This document shows, piece after piece, positions 9,121 through 18,166 of a DNA stretch of 64,000 nt (position 1 is the first letter of the stretch; each line of letters starts with the position of its first letter). Source of the stretch: a virus (Duplodnaviria; Caudoviricetes); the IMG/VR virus record IMGVR_UViG_3300037313_000574, positions 1-64,000 of that record; one strand, given 5' to 3'. The notes below the pieces were generated by a model. It saw only the letters and a list, made by a program, of their open reading frames with translations, ran no database searches and was not told where the DNA came from. The position numbers and the translations under genes are program-made.

Positions 9121-9182
9121 AAACATTTGTGGATACCCACAATAGACAAGTGTTGACTTGCCAGCAAACATGAGTTTATTAT
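9121..9182 (+). promoter_or_regulatory. pR promoter and OR operators
   Basis: TTGACT 9153-9158, TATTAT 9177-9182; operator-like AAACATTTGTGG 9121, AGACAAGTGTTG 9144, AAACATGAGTTT 9166, spaced 22-23 bp. Confidence 0.75.
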
Positions 9183-9189
9183 CTGAAAC

Positions 9190-9429
9190 ATGAACACAAA
9201 CAATCATGCTTTACAGACACTTCTCTTCGCCATCGGCCGTTTTGACAGCCAGGCGGAATTCGCACGTCAGGTAAAACGGCGTCCGCAGGAGGTTTGGAAC
9301 TGGATCAACCGCGACAAGAAGGCGCCGGTCGAGGCATGTCCATTTATTGAAGCGGCGTGCAATCACCCTCGCGTGACGTGCGAAAAACTGCGCCCGGATT
9401 ACGAAGGCTGGAAATTGATGCGCAAGTAA
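9190..9429 (+). CDS. cro: Cro-like repressor (YdaS/Cro family)
   Basis: SQAEFARQVKRRPQEVWNWINR HTH; CPFIEAA...VTCEKLRPD; divergent from cI. Confidence 0.88.
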   Translation: MNTNNHALQTLLFAIGRFDSQAEFARQVKRRPQEVWNWINRDKKAPVEACPFIEAACNHPRVTCEKLRPDYEGWKLMRK

Positions 9430-9495
9430 AAAAACATCGCCGCCTCGTCCTGAGCGGATGGCCCTACTCCACTTGTATAGAAAAGGTACTTAACC

Positions 9496-9729
9496 ATGTC
9501 ACTCGACCTCAAAGACTTTCGCGGAAAAATCACCGTCGAAACTGATGCGGCACTTGAAGCAATGAACTGTGTCACCGGCAAAGAGAAGTCCGAAATCGTG
9601 CGCGAGATTCTGCACAAGTGGGCGACGGACAAGATCAATGAGGCAAGGTTACTCGATTCAGCCCTGGTTGGACAGGGACTATCGGGGATCGGCAGGGCGC
9701 CGCAGGGCAGCGCGGGCAAGTCTCGATAA
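9496..9729 (+). CDS. small DNA-binding protein in the cII position (RHH-like)
   Basis: 77 aa; KEKSEIVREILHKWA pattern; directly after cro. Confidence 0.6.
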   Translation: MSLDLKDFRGKITVETDAALEAMNCVTGKEKSEIVREILHKWATDKINEARLLDSALVGQGLSGIGRAPQGSAGKSR

Positions 9730-9902
9730 ATATCAAACTAATCGGGGCCGACCATGCGCGATTTTCTCACAAAGCTCTTGCACGGAAAAATCACATTTTC
9801 CCGCACAGCCGATGCCATGATCGGCTATGACCGTTGCTGTTATGGCGCCTGGGATTATTACGTTTTTTATCTCGTGTTCTTCAAGGTCATGGTGTCGAAG
9901 TG

Positions 9903-10319
9903 ATGGCAAACGATAGCGCATCCGATACCGCAGCCATCAAGGCAATGATCCTTGAAGTGCTGGAGGCCCATGAGCATGGCTTGATGCTGGTACCGCTGCG
10001 CGAGGCCGTCAATGCGCAACTGGTTAATCAGCAGATATTGCCGCAAGGCTGCAGCCATGATCAGGTGCGCTATGCGCTACGTTGGCTGATCGAGCATACG
10101 TTTGTTTGCGCAAAGCCGTCAGATGGCCAACAAGGCAATCACTATACCTACTACTTCATCAAGGGTAGTGAATTACTGCGCAACGACGCCCCCAAAAAGC
10201 CCGCCGGAAAAACCGTTGAGATGCCGACGCGCCGCTTGTCACCCATGGCGTCGATTATCCACTCCCTATCGCAAATCCCAACGACTTGGGATCCCACTCA
10301 AGATATCGCAAAGGACTAG
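9903..10319 (+). CDS. hypothetical winged-helix-like protein
   Basis: Likely start MANDSA; HDQVRYALRWLIEHTFV. Confidence 0.55.
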   Translation: MANDSASDTAAIKAMILEVLEAHEHGLMLVPLREAVNAQLVNQQILPQGCSHDQVRYALRWLIEHTFVCAKPSDGQQGNHYTYYFIKGSELLRNDAPKKPAGKTVEMPTRRLSPMASIIHSLSQIPTTWDPTQDIAKD

Positions 10320-10320
10320 C

Positions 10321-10494
10321 ATGAATGATCCCGTCGCCAGCATTGCGCAGATCAAGCGCCAAGCCGAGCATGCCGCTGACAACAATCACGGCTCCTGCGC
10401 CTGCCAATACCCGGTTGAATCGGAAGCCTTCAGGGTGTGGGTGGAAGCCTATTACGCCCGCGTGAAGTTCAATGCCGAGCAGGTGGCGGCATGA
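10321..10494 (+). CDS. small hypothetical protein (MNDPVASIAQIKRQA...CQYPVES)
   Basis: ATG two nt after the upstream stop, coupled to the next gene. Confidence 0.6.
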   Translation: MNDPVASIAQIKRQAEHAADNNHGSCACQYPVESEAFRVWVEAYYARVKFNAEQVAA

Positions 10495-10754
10495 ATGAAA
10501 GTATTCTCGGGTTGCGGCAGGTCGCTCCAAACGGAACCACGGTCAGCGCCGCAGAAACTCCATTCGGCTACATGATCACCTTTGATACGCCAGAGGACGA
10601 GTCGGGACCAGGACTGATCACCGCGTTCAATATCACGCATGACACGCTTGCCACTCTACTTGCCGTCCTGATGAAGCTGCCAGGAGGACTGCGCGTTCCA
10701 TGTATCGGCGCAATTCACGTCACCGACAAACCGGAAATTGAGGTGGCGGCATGA
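10491..10754 (+). CDS. hypothetical phage protein
   Basis: ATGA-coupled ORF in the pR operon. Confidence 0.6.
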   Translation: MNESILGLRQVAPNGTTVSAAETPFGYMITFDTPEDESGPGLITAFNITHDTLATLLAVLMKLPGGLRVPCIGAIHVTDKPEIEVAA

Positions 10755-10847
10755 AAATTATAACCCTGCTTCTGGCGGTGCTCGTCTACCTTGGATTCAT
10801 TTTTCTAATTGCTCGGGTCTTTGGATTCAATAACCAGGGGCGCGTCG

Positions 10848-11195
10848 ATGAATCGTAACTTTGCCGAATACGCCACTAGCACGGCGTTCTCCATCCAGCT
10901 ATCGAAGAATCAATGCAATGCGCTGCTGCGTTGCGAATCGTTCGATCCCAAAAAGCACAAAGGCGCTGAGTGGCGTGACGGCCCGATGTATCTGCTGCAA
11001 GTCGGCACACTGAAGCCGCTGGAAGCGCGCGGGCTCGTATTCTGGCACCGCGATAGCCAAGGCCGCGCAAATGGTTTCGGCGGATTGACGGGAGCCGGCA
11101 TGCTGATGGTCGGCCTGCTGAAAGAAGCCGGACTCACTGTCGAGAACACGAACACGATCAGCATGTTGCGCCGCATGCAACGGGAGGTCGAATGA
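10848..11195 (+). CDS. hypothetical phage protein
   Basis: Start MNRNFAEY; coupled to the next ORF. Confidence 0.65.
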   Translation: MNRNFAEYATSTAFSIQLSKNQCNALLRCESFDPKKHKGAEWRDGPMYLLQVGTLKPLEARGLVFWHRDSQGRANGFGGLTGAGMLMVGLLKEAGLTVENTNTISMLRRMQREVE

Positions 11196-11416
11196 TCAGC
11201 ATCATCCTGGAATGGCGGGCGCGCGCCGTTAAAAGGCAGGCCGCGAAGATGGTATTGAATGCGTTCGATGGCGTCGATTGGCAAAAGCAGTGCTTCACCA
11301 TCAACGGCGGGACACTTCTCCATGACGGCAGTGGCGAAACGCACTTCTACCGTGCCGATGAGATTGACCGCGCGATCGCCCGCCTCAATGAGGTCTTGAT
11401 GGAGTTGCAGGCATGA
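11192..11416 (+). CDS. hypothetical phage protein
   Basis: ATGA overlaps at both ends. Confidence 0.65.
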   Translation: MISIILEWRARAVKRQAAKMVLNAFDGVDWQKQCFTINGGTLLHDGSGETHFYRADEIDRAIARLNEVLMELQA

Positions 11417-11745
11417 CTCAATCCGCATTCGACCTGGCCGAGCATGGCGCGAACTTGGCTGCAGCCAAAGCTAACCGGCTACATGAGGACTGGACAGAAA
11501 AGGCGCTGGAGGCATTCCGCCTGCATGCGCTGAAAAACCGGGAATTCACTACCGAGGATGTGGTTCTGGCCAATCCCGGCCTGCCGGAAATTCCGGAAAA
11601 GCGCGCATGGGGTGCCGTGACCAACAAAGCAAAGCGCTTAGGTTACGTGCGCCCTACTGACAAGGTGGCGCGCTCAAAACTCCCGAACTCGCATAAGCGC
11701 GTGCTACTGGTATGGCGCTCGACCTTTTTGCCGCTGACATTCTGA
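11413..11745 (+). CDS. hypothetical phage protein (AWGAV...GYVRPT family)
   Basis: Coupled ORF with a recurrent phage motif EKRAWGAV. Confidence 0.7.
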   Translation: MTQSAFDLAEHGANLAAAKANRLHEDWTEKALEAFRLHALKNREFTTEDVVLANPGLPEIPEKRAWGAVTNKAKRLGYVRPTDKVARSKLPNSHKRVLLVWRSTFLPLTF

Positions 11746-11768
11746 TAGACATAAAAAATAACTAGATC

Positions 11769-12203
11769 ATGAAAAAACAACCGCCCAATTCCACACAAGC
11801 CACTGCTGACCAAGAGCGCACTCAATTCTCCGAACGCTTGCGCCAAGCGCTGTGCGATGCCAACTACAACGATAACAGCCCAACCGACTTGTCGCGGCAA
11901 TTCAATGCGCGGTTCTCTGGACGCCCGATCACTGTACACGCCGCCCGCAAATGGCTGGTTGCCGAAGCGATCCCTGCCCAGGAGAAGTTGCGCGTACTTT
12001 CGGACATGCTTGGCGTGACGGCTGAATGGCTCCGATTTGGTGGCAAGGCAGAGAAGCCGGCCGCTCACGGCGGCGATGCCATGCTGGCCGCGGCGGATGC
12101 GCGCTTGGTATCCGATATCCGCCACTTGTCCAAGCGTGACCATGCGATTGTCCGCGAACTGATCCGTACATTGGTCAGGACTTCAGTTAAAGAAGCCGCA
12201 TGA
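11769..12203 (+). CDS. XRE-like HTH transcriptional regulator
   Basis: FSERLRQAL...VHAARKWLVAEAIPAQEKLRVLSDMLGVTAEWLRFG. Confidence 0.85.
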   Translation: MKKQPPNSTQATADQERTQFSERLRQALCDANYNDNSPTDLSRQFNARFSGRPITVHAARKWLVAEAIPAQEKLRVLSDMLGVTAEWLRFGGKAEKPAAHGGDAMLAAADARLVSDIRHLSKRDHAIVRELIRTLVRTSVKEAA

Positions 12204-12273
12204 AATAGCGGCCGATTTTTTGTTCGGCCGGCAAATAACAAAAACCTCCAAAACGGAAAAACAGGAGCAGATC

Positions 12274-13323
12274 GTGATCATTCCCAAGCAGGCATTCCGA
12301 GACGCCATCAACGCCGTAGCGCCCTTCTCGCCACCGCGCAGCACATTGCCGATCCTGACGAATATTCGTGTGGAATCTACTGGCGAGCAGCTAACCTTTG
12401 TTGCATCGAATTTGGATTCGCAAATTGAATATTGGATCGACGCCCCAGGTGAGCCGTTTGCCTTTTGCGTGGATGCTACCGCCTTGAAGCGCATCGCGCA
12501 GTTTGCTGACGATGATGTCGATCTGTCTTGCAAAAACGGGAAAGCCGTTATCGGCATCGGGAAAGCCAAAACCCGCCTAGCATCTTTGCCGGCAAAAGAC
12601 TTCCCGAAGTTGGAACGCGCAGAATCTGCGTTAGTGGAACTGGAATGGGCGCCCCTGGAAGAACAATTTCAGTTTGCCGCGCAGTTTTGTGCCACGAACA
12701 TGGTTCGACCACACCTGAATTGCGTTCATATCAAATCGACGAGTACCGAAATTAATGTTTTCGGCACCAATGGCATCAATCTCGGTTTCGTTTCTGTTCC
12801 ACATATTGCGGCCGAGTTCGGCATTTGCATTCAGGTTGATGTCGCGCGCCGCATGGCTGGAGATTTTAAGACCGTGACGATTCGTGACAACCAGGTGGAA
12901 TTGCGCGGCGATAGAGCCATAGCGCTGTTCAAGACGGCCGCCAGCAAGCCATTGGATATGCGTCGAATCATCGGGCTCGAACTGCCAGATTCCGGCGAGG
13001 TCGAGCGCAAAAGTCTTCTGGAAGCCATTTCCTTTGTTGGCAGCTTCCCCGATCAAGGGAAGGCTCGCCCGATGGTGAAGATTGAAGCCGGGGAGTCGAA
13101 TCACGTTGCCCTGGTTGGTCGAGACAATGAGGCAACAGCGCCCTTCGAATACGAAGGAAGCCCCGTGATGTTCGGTGCGTATGTCTCCGACTTTTCCGGG
13201 TTCCTCAAATCTCTGCAAGGCGACAAGCTGAAACTGCAATTCAAAGCTGCAGACACAAGCAATACGCAAATTCGCATCCTGGATGGCAATCGGATCATTT
13301 GCACAATGCCGGCAAGGTTCTGA
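12274..13323 (+). CDS. dnaN: DNA polymerase III beta sliding clamp homolog
   Basis: LPILTNIRVE, LTFVASNLDSQIE, LPAKDFPKL, RPHLNCVHI; about 350 aa; GTG start with AGGAG RBS. Confidence 0.88.
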   Translation: MIIPKQAFRDAINAVAPFSPPRSTLPILTNIRVESTGEQLTFVASNLDSQIEYWIDAPGEPFAFCVDATALKRIAQFADDDVDLSCKNGKAVIGIGKAKTRLASLPAKDFPKLERAESALVELEWAPLEEQFQFAAQFCATNMVRPHLNCVHIKSTSTEINVFGTNGINLGFVSVPHIAAEFGICIQVDVARRMAGDFKTVTIRDNQVELRGDRAIALFKTAASKPLDMRRIIGLELPDSGEVERKSLLEAISFVGSFPDQGKARPMVKIEAGESNHVALVGRDNEATAPFEYEGSPVMFGAYVSDFSGFLKSLQGDKLKLQFKAADTSNTQIRILDGNRIICTMPARF

Positions 13324-13324
13324 C

Positions 13325-13606
13325 ATGAGCAACTATATCCCAGCTAATTTCTCGATCCAAGAGATCGCCCACATGATCGACATGGATCCGAATGCAACAT
13401 CACGCGAGCGAATATTGGTCGCGCGTTTGGGCGAGCTTTCTGCCGAGGTCGCTGAGAAGGAAGGCGAACTCTCTTCAGCGGAAAGCAAAAATGAAGAACT
13501 TCAGGTTGACATCAATGAGATGGAGTCTAAAAACCAAGAATTGAAAGGCAAGGTCCAAAACTTGAAAGACAAGATCGCTGCGATTGCGAAGGCATGCGAA
13601 GCATGA
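13325..13606 (+). CDS. small coiled-coil protein
   Basis: Heptad-rich C-terminal half. Confidence 0.65.
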   Translation: MSNYIPANFSIQEIAHMIDMDPNATSRERILVARLGELSAEVAEKEGELSSAESKNEELQVDINEMESKNQELKGKVQNLKDKIAAIAKACEA

Positions 13607-13770
13607 ACGCCCAGCACCCTTTGGCGGCGAACTATCAAGCCCGCTACCGCGCCGAGAGCGACAGGCCGGCCCCGGTCCTGCGCCGGAAGAAATGCGCTTG
13701 CGGCGCCACGGTGACAGCCAAGCAGCTGCAGCAGTTCGGATGCTGTGTTAAGTGCGCGAGGGCGGCATGA
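13603..13770 (+). CDS. small Zn-finger-like protein (KKCACG...GCCVKC)
   Basis: Translated by hand; ATGA overlaps at both ends; two CxC/CxxC pairs. Confidence 0.6.
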   Translation: MNAQHPLAANYQARYRAESDRPAPVLRRKKCACGATVTAKQLQQFGCCVKCARAA

Positions 13771-14582
13771 TTATCCAGGCTAGCTTAATTAAACAGCAAG
13801 AAGCAAAGCCCCCTGTATGCCTGAACACAGCGCATGCACGCGACATGCTGCATAAGCGCTATGCGGCGCCAGAATGGGCATTGCTTGAGGAAGTCGCGCC
13901 CAAGACAGGTGGCGGAACCAGATATGCCGATGCGGTCGCGGTGAACCTTTGGAGCAGCCGCGGACATGCCGTGCACGGATTTGAGATCAAGGTAAGCCGT
14001 TCCGATTGGTTACGCGAGTTGAAGCAGCCGGAAAAAGCCGAGGACGTTTATCAATACTGTGATTACTGGTGGATCGTCGCCCCAAAGGGAATTGTTAAGG
14101 ACGGTGAATTGCCGCCGACATGGGGGTTACTCGAATTAAGGGAATCCGGGTTGGTGCAATCCGTGGCAGCACCAAAGTTGTCGCCGAAGCCAATTACACG
14201 CGGGTTCTTTGCATCGCTGATGCGGCGCGGGCATGAGCAGGTAACGTCAATTGCCGAGCGCATGCAGCGAAATGCCATTAACGCGGCCCACGCTGAAATC
14301 AATGAGCGCGTGAAAAGAGAGGTCGAGTACGGCACAAAGCATTTGCGAGAGTTGGAGGCGAAGCTCGCAGAGTTGAAGGAAAAGACCGGCATCGACATCC
14401 AGCGTTACGGCGGCACATCTGCCGAGACAATCAAGCTCGCTCACAAACTCGAATCCTTATCAGGTTGGCGCGGTGATGGTGCACTTTCAAAGCTGACAGA
14501 ACTTGCCGCTGATCTTGAGAGTGCTGCAGCTAAGGTTCGCAAAGCCGTCGAAGAAACCGGATTGAACGAAGGTGCAGCATGA
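13767..14582 (+). CDS. MmcB-like PD-(D/E)xK nuclease-fold protein
   Basis: YADAVAVNLW...HGFEIKVSRSDWLREL...YCDYWWIVAP. Confidence 0.75.
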   Translation: MIIQASLIKQQEAKPPVCLNTAHARDMLHKRYAAPEWALLEEVAPKTGGGTRYADAVAVNLWSSRGHAVHGFEIKVSRSDWLRELKQPEKAEDVYQYCDYWWIVAPKGIVKDGELPPTWGLLELRESGLVQSVAAPKLSPKPITRGFFASLMRRGHEQVTSIAERMQRNAINAAHAEINERVKREVEYGTKHLRELEAKLAELKEKTGIDIQRYGGTSAETIKLAHKLESLSGWRGDGALSKLTELAADLESAAAKVRKAVEETGLNEGAA

Positions 14583-15079
14583 CCGGCATCGGATCACATC
14601 AAAGCGCTAGTATGAAAAATGACGAATGGCTGACGCCGCCTGAAATTATCCGGGCGCTTGGACGTTTTGACCTGGACCCATGCAGTCCGATTAATCGGCC
14701 ATGGGATACTGCGGAGGACCATTACTCAGTGCTTGATAACGGCCTGGAGCAGCCGTGGCACGGCAGGGTGTGGCTTAACCCACCATACGGCCTTGAAGCG
14801 GCACAATGGTTGAATCGCCTAGCGCAACACGGCACCGGAACTGCGCTGATCTTCGCGCGTACCGAAACAGCCATGTTCTTCGATCATGTATGGAGCCGCG
14901 CTAGCGCACTGCTATTCATTCGCGGCCGGCTGCACTTTCATTTCGTGGATGGTACGCGGGCCAGGGCCAACGGCGGCGCCCCAAGCGTGCTAGTGGCTTA
15001 CGGCAGCGAGGATGCAGGCATCCTACGCAACTGCCTTATTGAAGGGCACTTCGTTGGCCTAAGCGGGGTGAGTAATTGA
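14579..15079 (+). CDS. phage DNA N6-adenine methyltransferase (Dam-like)
   Basis: DEWLTP, FDLDPC, VWLNPPYG, LIFARTET, FIRGRLHF. Confidence 0.9.
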   Translation: MTGIGSHQSASMKNDEWLTPPEIIRALGRFDLDPCSPINRPWDTAEDHYSVLDNGLEQPWHGRVWLNPPYGLEAAQWLNRLAQHGTGTALIFARTETAMFFDHVWSRASALLFIRGRLHFHFVDGTRARANGGAPSVLVAYGSEDAGILRNCLIEGHFVGLSGVSN

Positions 15080-15477
15080 CCTACTCCACCCTCAAGCCCA
15101 GCACCAAGCCCATGGCGCGCACGCCAATGAAGCGCGGCACCAAGCGCATGAAGTCGCGCGGCCCGAAGATGACGCCAATCCGCAAGAGCGCCAGGGATCA
15201 GGAATGCACGATCCGGCTGCCGGGCGTGTGCAACTTTGACACATCGACCACTGTGCTCTGCCATTCCAATGAATCGACGGATGGAAAAGGCATGGGATTG
15301 AAGGCATCGGATGAATGCGCCGCCTACGGCTGCAGCGCATGTCATGACGTTGTAGACGGTCGCCGGCCGCGCCCGGAAGGCATGAGCCTTGAATTGATGC
15401 TGTCGATTTTCCGTGAAGCGATCGCGCAGACCCGGCGGATATTGAAGCGCAAGGGATTGCTGGAGACTGCCGAGTGA
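15076..15477 (+). CDS. DUF1364 (YbcO-like) Zn-binding nuclease
   Basis: RKSARDQECTIRLPGVCN...VLCH...GMGLK...AAYGCSACHDVVD. Confidence 0.88.
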   Translation: MTYSTLKPSTKPMARTPMKRGTKRMKSRGPKMTPIRKSARDQECTIRLPGVCNFDTSTTVLCHSNESTDGKGMGLKASDECAAYGCSACHDVVDGRRPRPEGMSLELMLSIFREAIAQTRRILKRKGLLETAE

Positions 15478-16592
15478 ACGAATTACCAACACCGCTGACC
15501 CCATCTGAATGCGACTTGAGGGATTTTCCCTTCATGCCGCTGGACGTTGTGCGTCTGCGGGATAGCGATATCAGCGCATTGTCGAACGGCGATGAATTCC
15601 GTTGCGCTGTGCTGCTTTGGTGCGCGTCATGGCACCAAGTGCCCGCAGCTAGTTTGCCGGACGACGACAAGATTCTTTGTCAGCTCGCAGGCTTCGGCCG
15701 CGTGGTCAAGGAATGGCAGAAGGTGCGTGAAGGATCTTTGCGCGGCTGGGTGAAATGTTCCGATAGCCGGCTGTATCACCCGGTTGTCGCCGAGAAGGCG
15801 ATCGAAGCCTGGAATAGCCGCGTCAAATACAGGGAAGCCAAAGAGCAAGACAGGCAGCGAAAAGCCGAGGAGCGGGCACGCAGAAAAGCAGAGGAACAAG
15901 CAAGACATGAAGCGGAAATGCGCAAGCTGTCCGGCGGACAAGATGCAAATGTCCAGCGGACAAATGCCGAAAATCCGCAGGAAAACGCTCTGATAGGGAC
16001 AGTGGACAGGGACAGTGGACAGGGACAGGGAGAATTAAATACTTCCGTTCCTATCGGAACGGGCGCCGAGGCGCCGGGCGCACAAGCTGAAAAGCCTGCC
16101 GACGACATGACGAAGGTAGAGCTTTGGCGTGCAGGGAAATCCCTGCTTAAAGAGCAAGGCATGCCAGCCGCCCAATGCGGCACGTTCGTCGGGAAGCTCT
16201 GCAAGGACTATACCGACGAGATTGTTATTGAAGCAGTGCGCGCTGCTGTCGTTGCACAACCGGCTGACGCTGCCTCATTCCTGAAGGCTGCTTGCATGGC
16301 ACGGAAAAATGAGGGCGGAAAGACGCTGATCCCCTGGCATGCAACTGATGCCGGCGTGATTGCCAAGGGTGCGGAATTGGTGCCGCCATTGTCGCCCATA
16401 CCCGGCGAAAAGATGATCGTGTTTAAGGCGCGTGTGATCGCGGCAATCGACAAAGTGAACAAGCCGCCCGAGCCAATGCCTGCGCCATCCATCGTGCCGG
16501 CTGAGCCAGTAGCACCGGCACGGCAATTGGCCACGCCGGAAGTTAAGGCAGCGCGCAGCGCGGCATTGCGCGCAGCGGCGGCGCCGAAATGA
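15474..16592 (+). CDS. DUF1376/YdaU-family replication initiation protein
   Basis: CDLRDFPFMPLDVVRLRDS...LLWCASWHQVPAASLPDDD...RLYHPVVAEKA. Confidence 0.85.
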   Translation: MNELPTPLTPSECDLRDFPFMPLDVVRLRDSDISALSNGDEFRCAVLLWCASWHQVPAASLPDDDKILCQLAGFGRVVKEWQKVREGSLRGWVKCSDSRLYHPVVAEKAIEAWNSRVKYREAKEQDRQRKAEERARRKAEEQARHEAEMRKLSGGQDANVQRTNAENPQENALIGTVDRDSGQGQGELNTSVPIGTGAEAPGAQAEKPADDMTKVELWRAGKSLLKEQGMPAAQCGTFVGKLCKDYTDEIVIEAVRAAVVAQPADAASFLKAACMARKNEGGKTLIPWHATDAGVIAKGAELVPPLSPIPGEKMIVFKARVIAAIDKVNKPPEPMPAPSIVPAEPVAPARQLATPEVKAARSAALRAAAAPK

Positions 16593-16803
16593 AAACCTGC
16601 CCTGCCTGCGGCATCACCGGCGGTCGTATGGCGTTCGAGTGCATGGAGTGCGTACAGAACTGGTTGAGCAAGATGGACCGGCCAACGATGGCAATCAATG
16701 CCCCGGTCATCGAAAAAGTGATGGGGGCGGTTTACCTGAACAAGGTCCGCGAAGAGTGGAAAGCAAGGCAATTAACGAAGGCTAACCAAGGAAGGAGAAG
16801 TGA
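16589..16803 (+). CDS. small Zn-ribbon protein (KTCPACG...FECMEC)
   Basis: Two CxxC motifs, coupled to the initiator gene; the exact end is uncertain (the computed ORF runs to 16909). Confidence 0.45.
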
Positions 16804-17051
16804 TGGAAACGAACGAAAGCAGGATCATGAAACTGATCGAAAGCCAATCCGGCATCAGCGAGCAGGACATCAAGCCCGAATCCCGACTGGCCGACGATCT
16901 CGGCTTTGACAGCCTGGATGACCTTGAACTGGTCATGGCGATCGAGGATGAATTCGAGATCGATCTGCCGGATGAAGAAATCGAGGCAGCCAAGACCGTG
17001 CAGGACGTGTTCAACGTGGTAGCCAAGCACGCCGGCCAAAAGGCGGCGTGA
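16803..17051 (+). CDS. acpP: acyl carrier protein
   Basis: 82 aa, acidic; LADDLGFDSLDDLELVMAIEDEFEI with the intact DSL phosphopantetheine Ser; AAGGAG RBS. Confidence 0.93.
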   Translation: METNESRIMKLIESQSGISEQDIKPESRLADDLGFDSLDDLELVMAIEDEFEIDLPDEEIEAAKTVQDVFNVVAKHAGQKAA

Positions 17052-17251
17052 TGCTGAAAAAGCTATTGGGGTTAGCCGTGCTGGGCGCCTTTGGTGCCGG
17101 TGGAAATTTTGCGATACAGGGCATGCGTGCTGGCGCATCCCTGCTTAGCGAAAGCCAGGCTCCTGCAAGGCGTCGCTCGCGCGGCACAGTGGCGCAGGCC
17201 AAGCGCGCCGCAATCAAGGCCCGTAACCGCGCGAGCAACAAGCGCAAGTAA
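17051..17251 (+). CDS. small basic hypothetical protein
   Basis: Coupled to acpP; hydrophobic N-term, R/K-rich C-term. Confidence 0.55.
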   Translation: MLKKLLGLAVLGAFGAGGNFAIQGMRAGASLLSESQAPARRRSRGTVAQAKRAAIKARNRASNKRK

Positions 17252-17286
17252 CGATTTTTAACGCAGCACCAGACAAGGAGAAAGAA

Positions 17287-17577
17287 ATGTTTGACAAAGT
17301 ATCTGCAGCGCAGCCCAAAACAACCGTGACCGCAGAAAGCAGCATGAGCGCCGCAATCTCTTTGCTCTCGTCGAAGATTGGCGAAGCGGAATCGCAATTT
17401 GAATCGCTGGCAAATCGCTTGGAGCCGGTCCTGTCGCCCAGAGGGGGTGAGGAAGGGAGCGAGAGTCCATCGATCATTCCGAGTTGCGAAATTGAAGGGC
17501 GGATTCTCTCGCTCGCACATCGCATTGATGTGCTGACGAACTTTATCCGGTCGAACCACCATCGCCTGTGCGTCTGA
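17287..17577 (+). CDS. hypothetical coiled-coil protein
   Basis: AAGGAG RBS; 96 aa. Confidence 0.7.
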   Translation: MFDKVSAAQPKTTVTAESSMSAAISLLSSKIGEAESQFESLANRLEPVLSPRGGEEGSESPSIIPSCEIEGRILSLAHRIDVLTNFIRSNHHRLCV

Positions 17578-17635
17578 ATATTCGATAAACCCCGTGCCAG
17601 CCTTCTGGCTGACAAACCAACCAAAGGAAGAAATC

Positions 17636-17911
17636 ATGACCACTAAAAAATCGCAAACAACGAAGCTCAATCCCAACAACCTGCTGGATGCGCTGATCAA
17701 GAAGCTGCACCTGAAAAACGATGCTGCCCTGTCGCGCACGCTGGAAGTGGCGCCGCCCGTGGTGAGTAAGATCCGCCACGGCCGCTTGCCGGTAGGCGCA
17801 TCGATGCTGATCCGTATGCACGAGCTCACCGAGCTGAGCATCCGCGAATTACGCGCGCTGATGGGCGACACCAAAGAAAAATTCCATCACCGAAACGAGC
17901 TGGCGGCGTAA
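17636..17911 (+). CDS. small HTH protein (NDAALSR..LEVAPPV..KIRH family)
   Basis: NPNNLLDALIKKLHLKNDAALSRTLEVAPPVVSKIRHGRLPVGASMLIRMHE. Confidence 0.85.
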   Translation: MTTKKSQTTKLNPNNLLDALIKKLHLKNDAALSRTLEVAPPVVSKIRHGRLPVGASMLIRMHELTELSIRELRALMGDTKEKFHHRNELAA

Positions 17912-18166
17912 ATGCCGCGCAAGGGCCAATTCAAACCGCCCGTCCTGCCGCTGACTGAATCATGCGACATGGCCGTGCGGTCCATCGAGCGGCACGTCGA
18001 AGGCGTGGCCATTTTTATGGTTGGCGGGGAAGTGAAGGCGGTGAGAAAGTCGGCGCCATCGTTTGATAGCACGGTGGACCGACTGGCTTCCCACTTGGTT
18101 GGCATCTACAACCTGGGATTCGATCATCGCAACTTGCGTGCAGATATGGAGACTTTTTACCGATGA
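17912..18166 (+). CDS. hypothetical phage protein
   Basis: Abuts the upstream stop, coupled to the next gene. Confidence 0.65.
   Translation: MPRKGQFKPPVLPLTESCDMAVRSIERHVEGVAIFMVGGEVKAVRKSAPSFDSTVDRLASHLVGIYNLGFDHRNLRADMETFYR

Noticed and set aside
17011-17874. 287-aa minus-strand ORF
   Set aside because: Overlaps four well-supported plus-strand genes; no recognisable motif.
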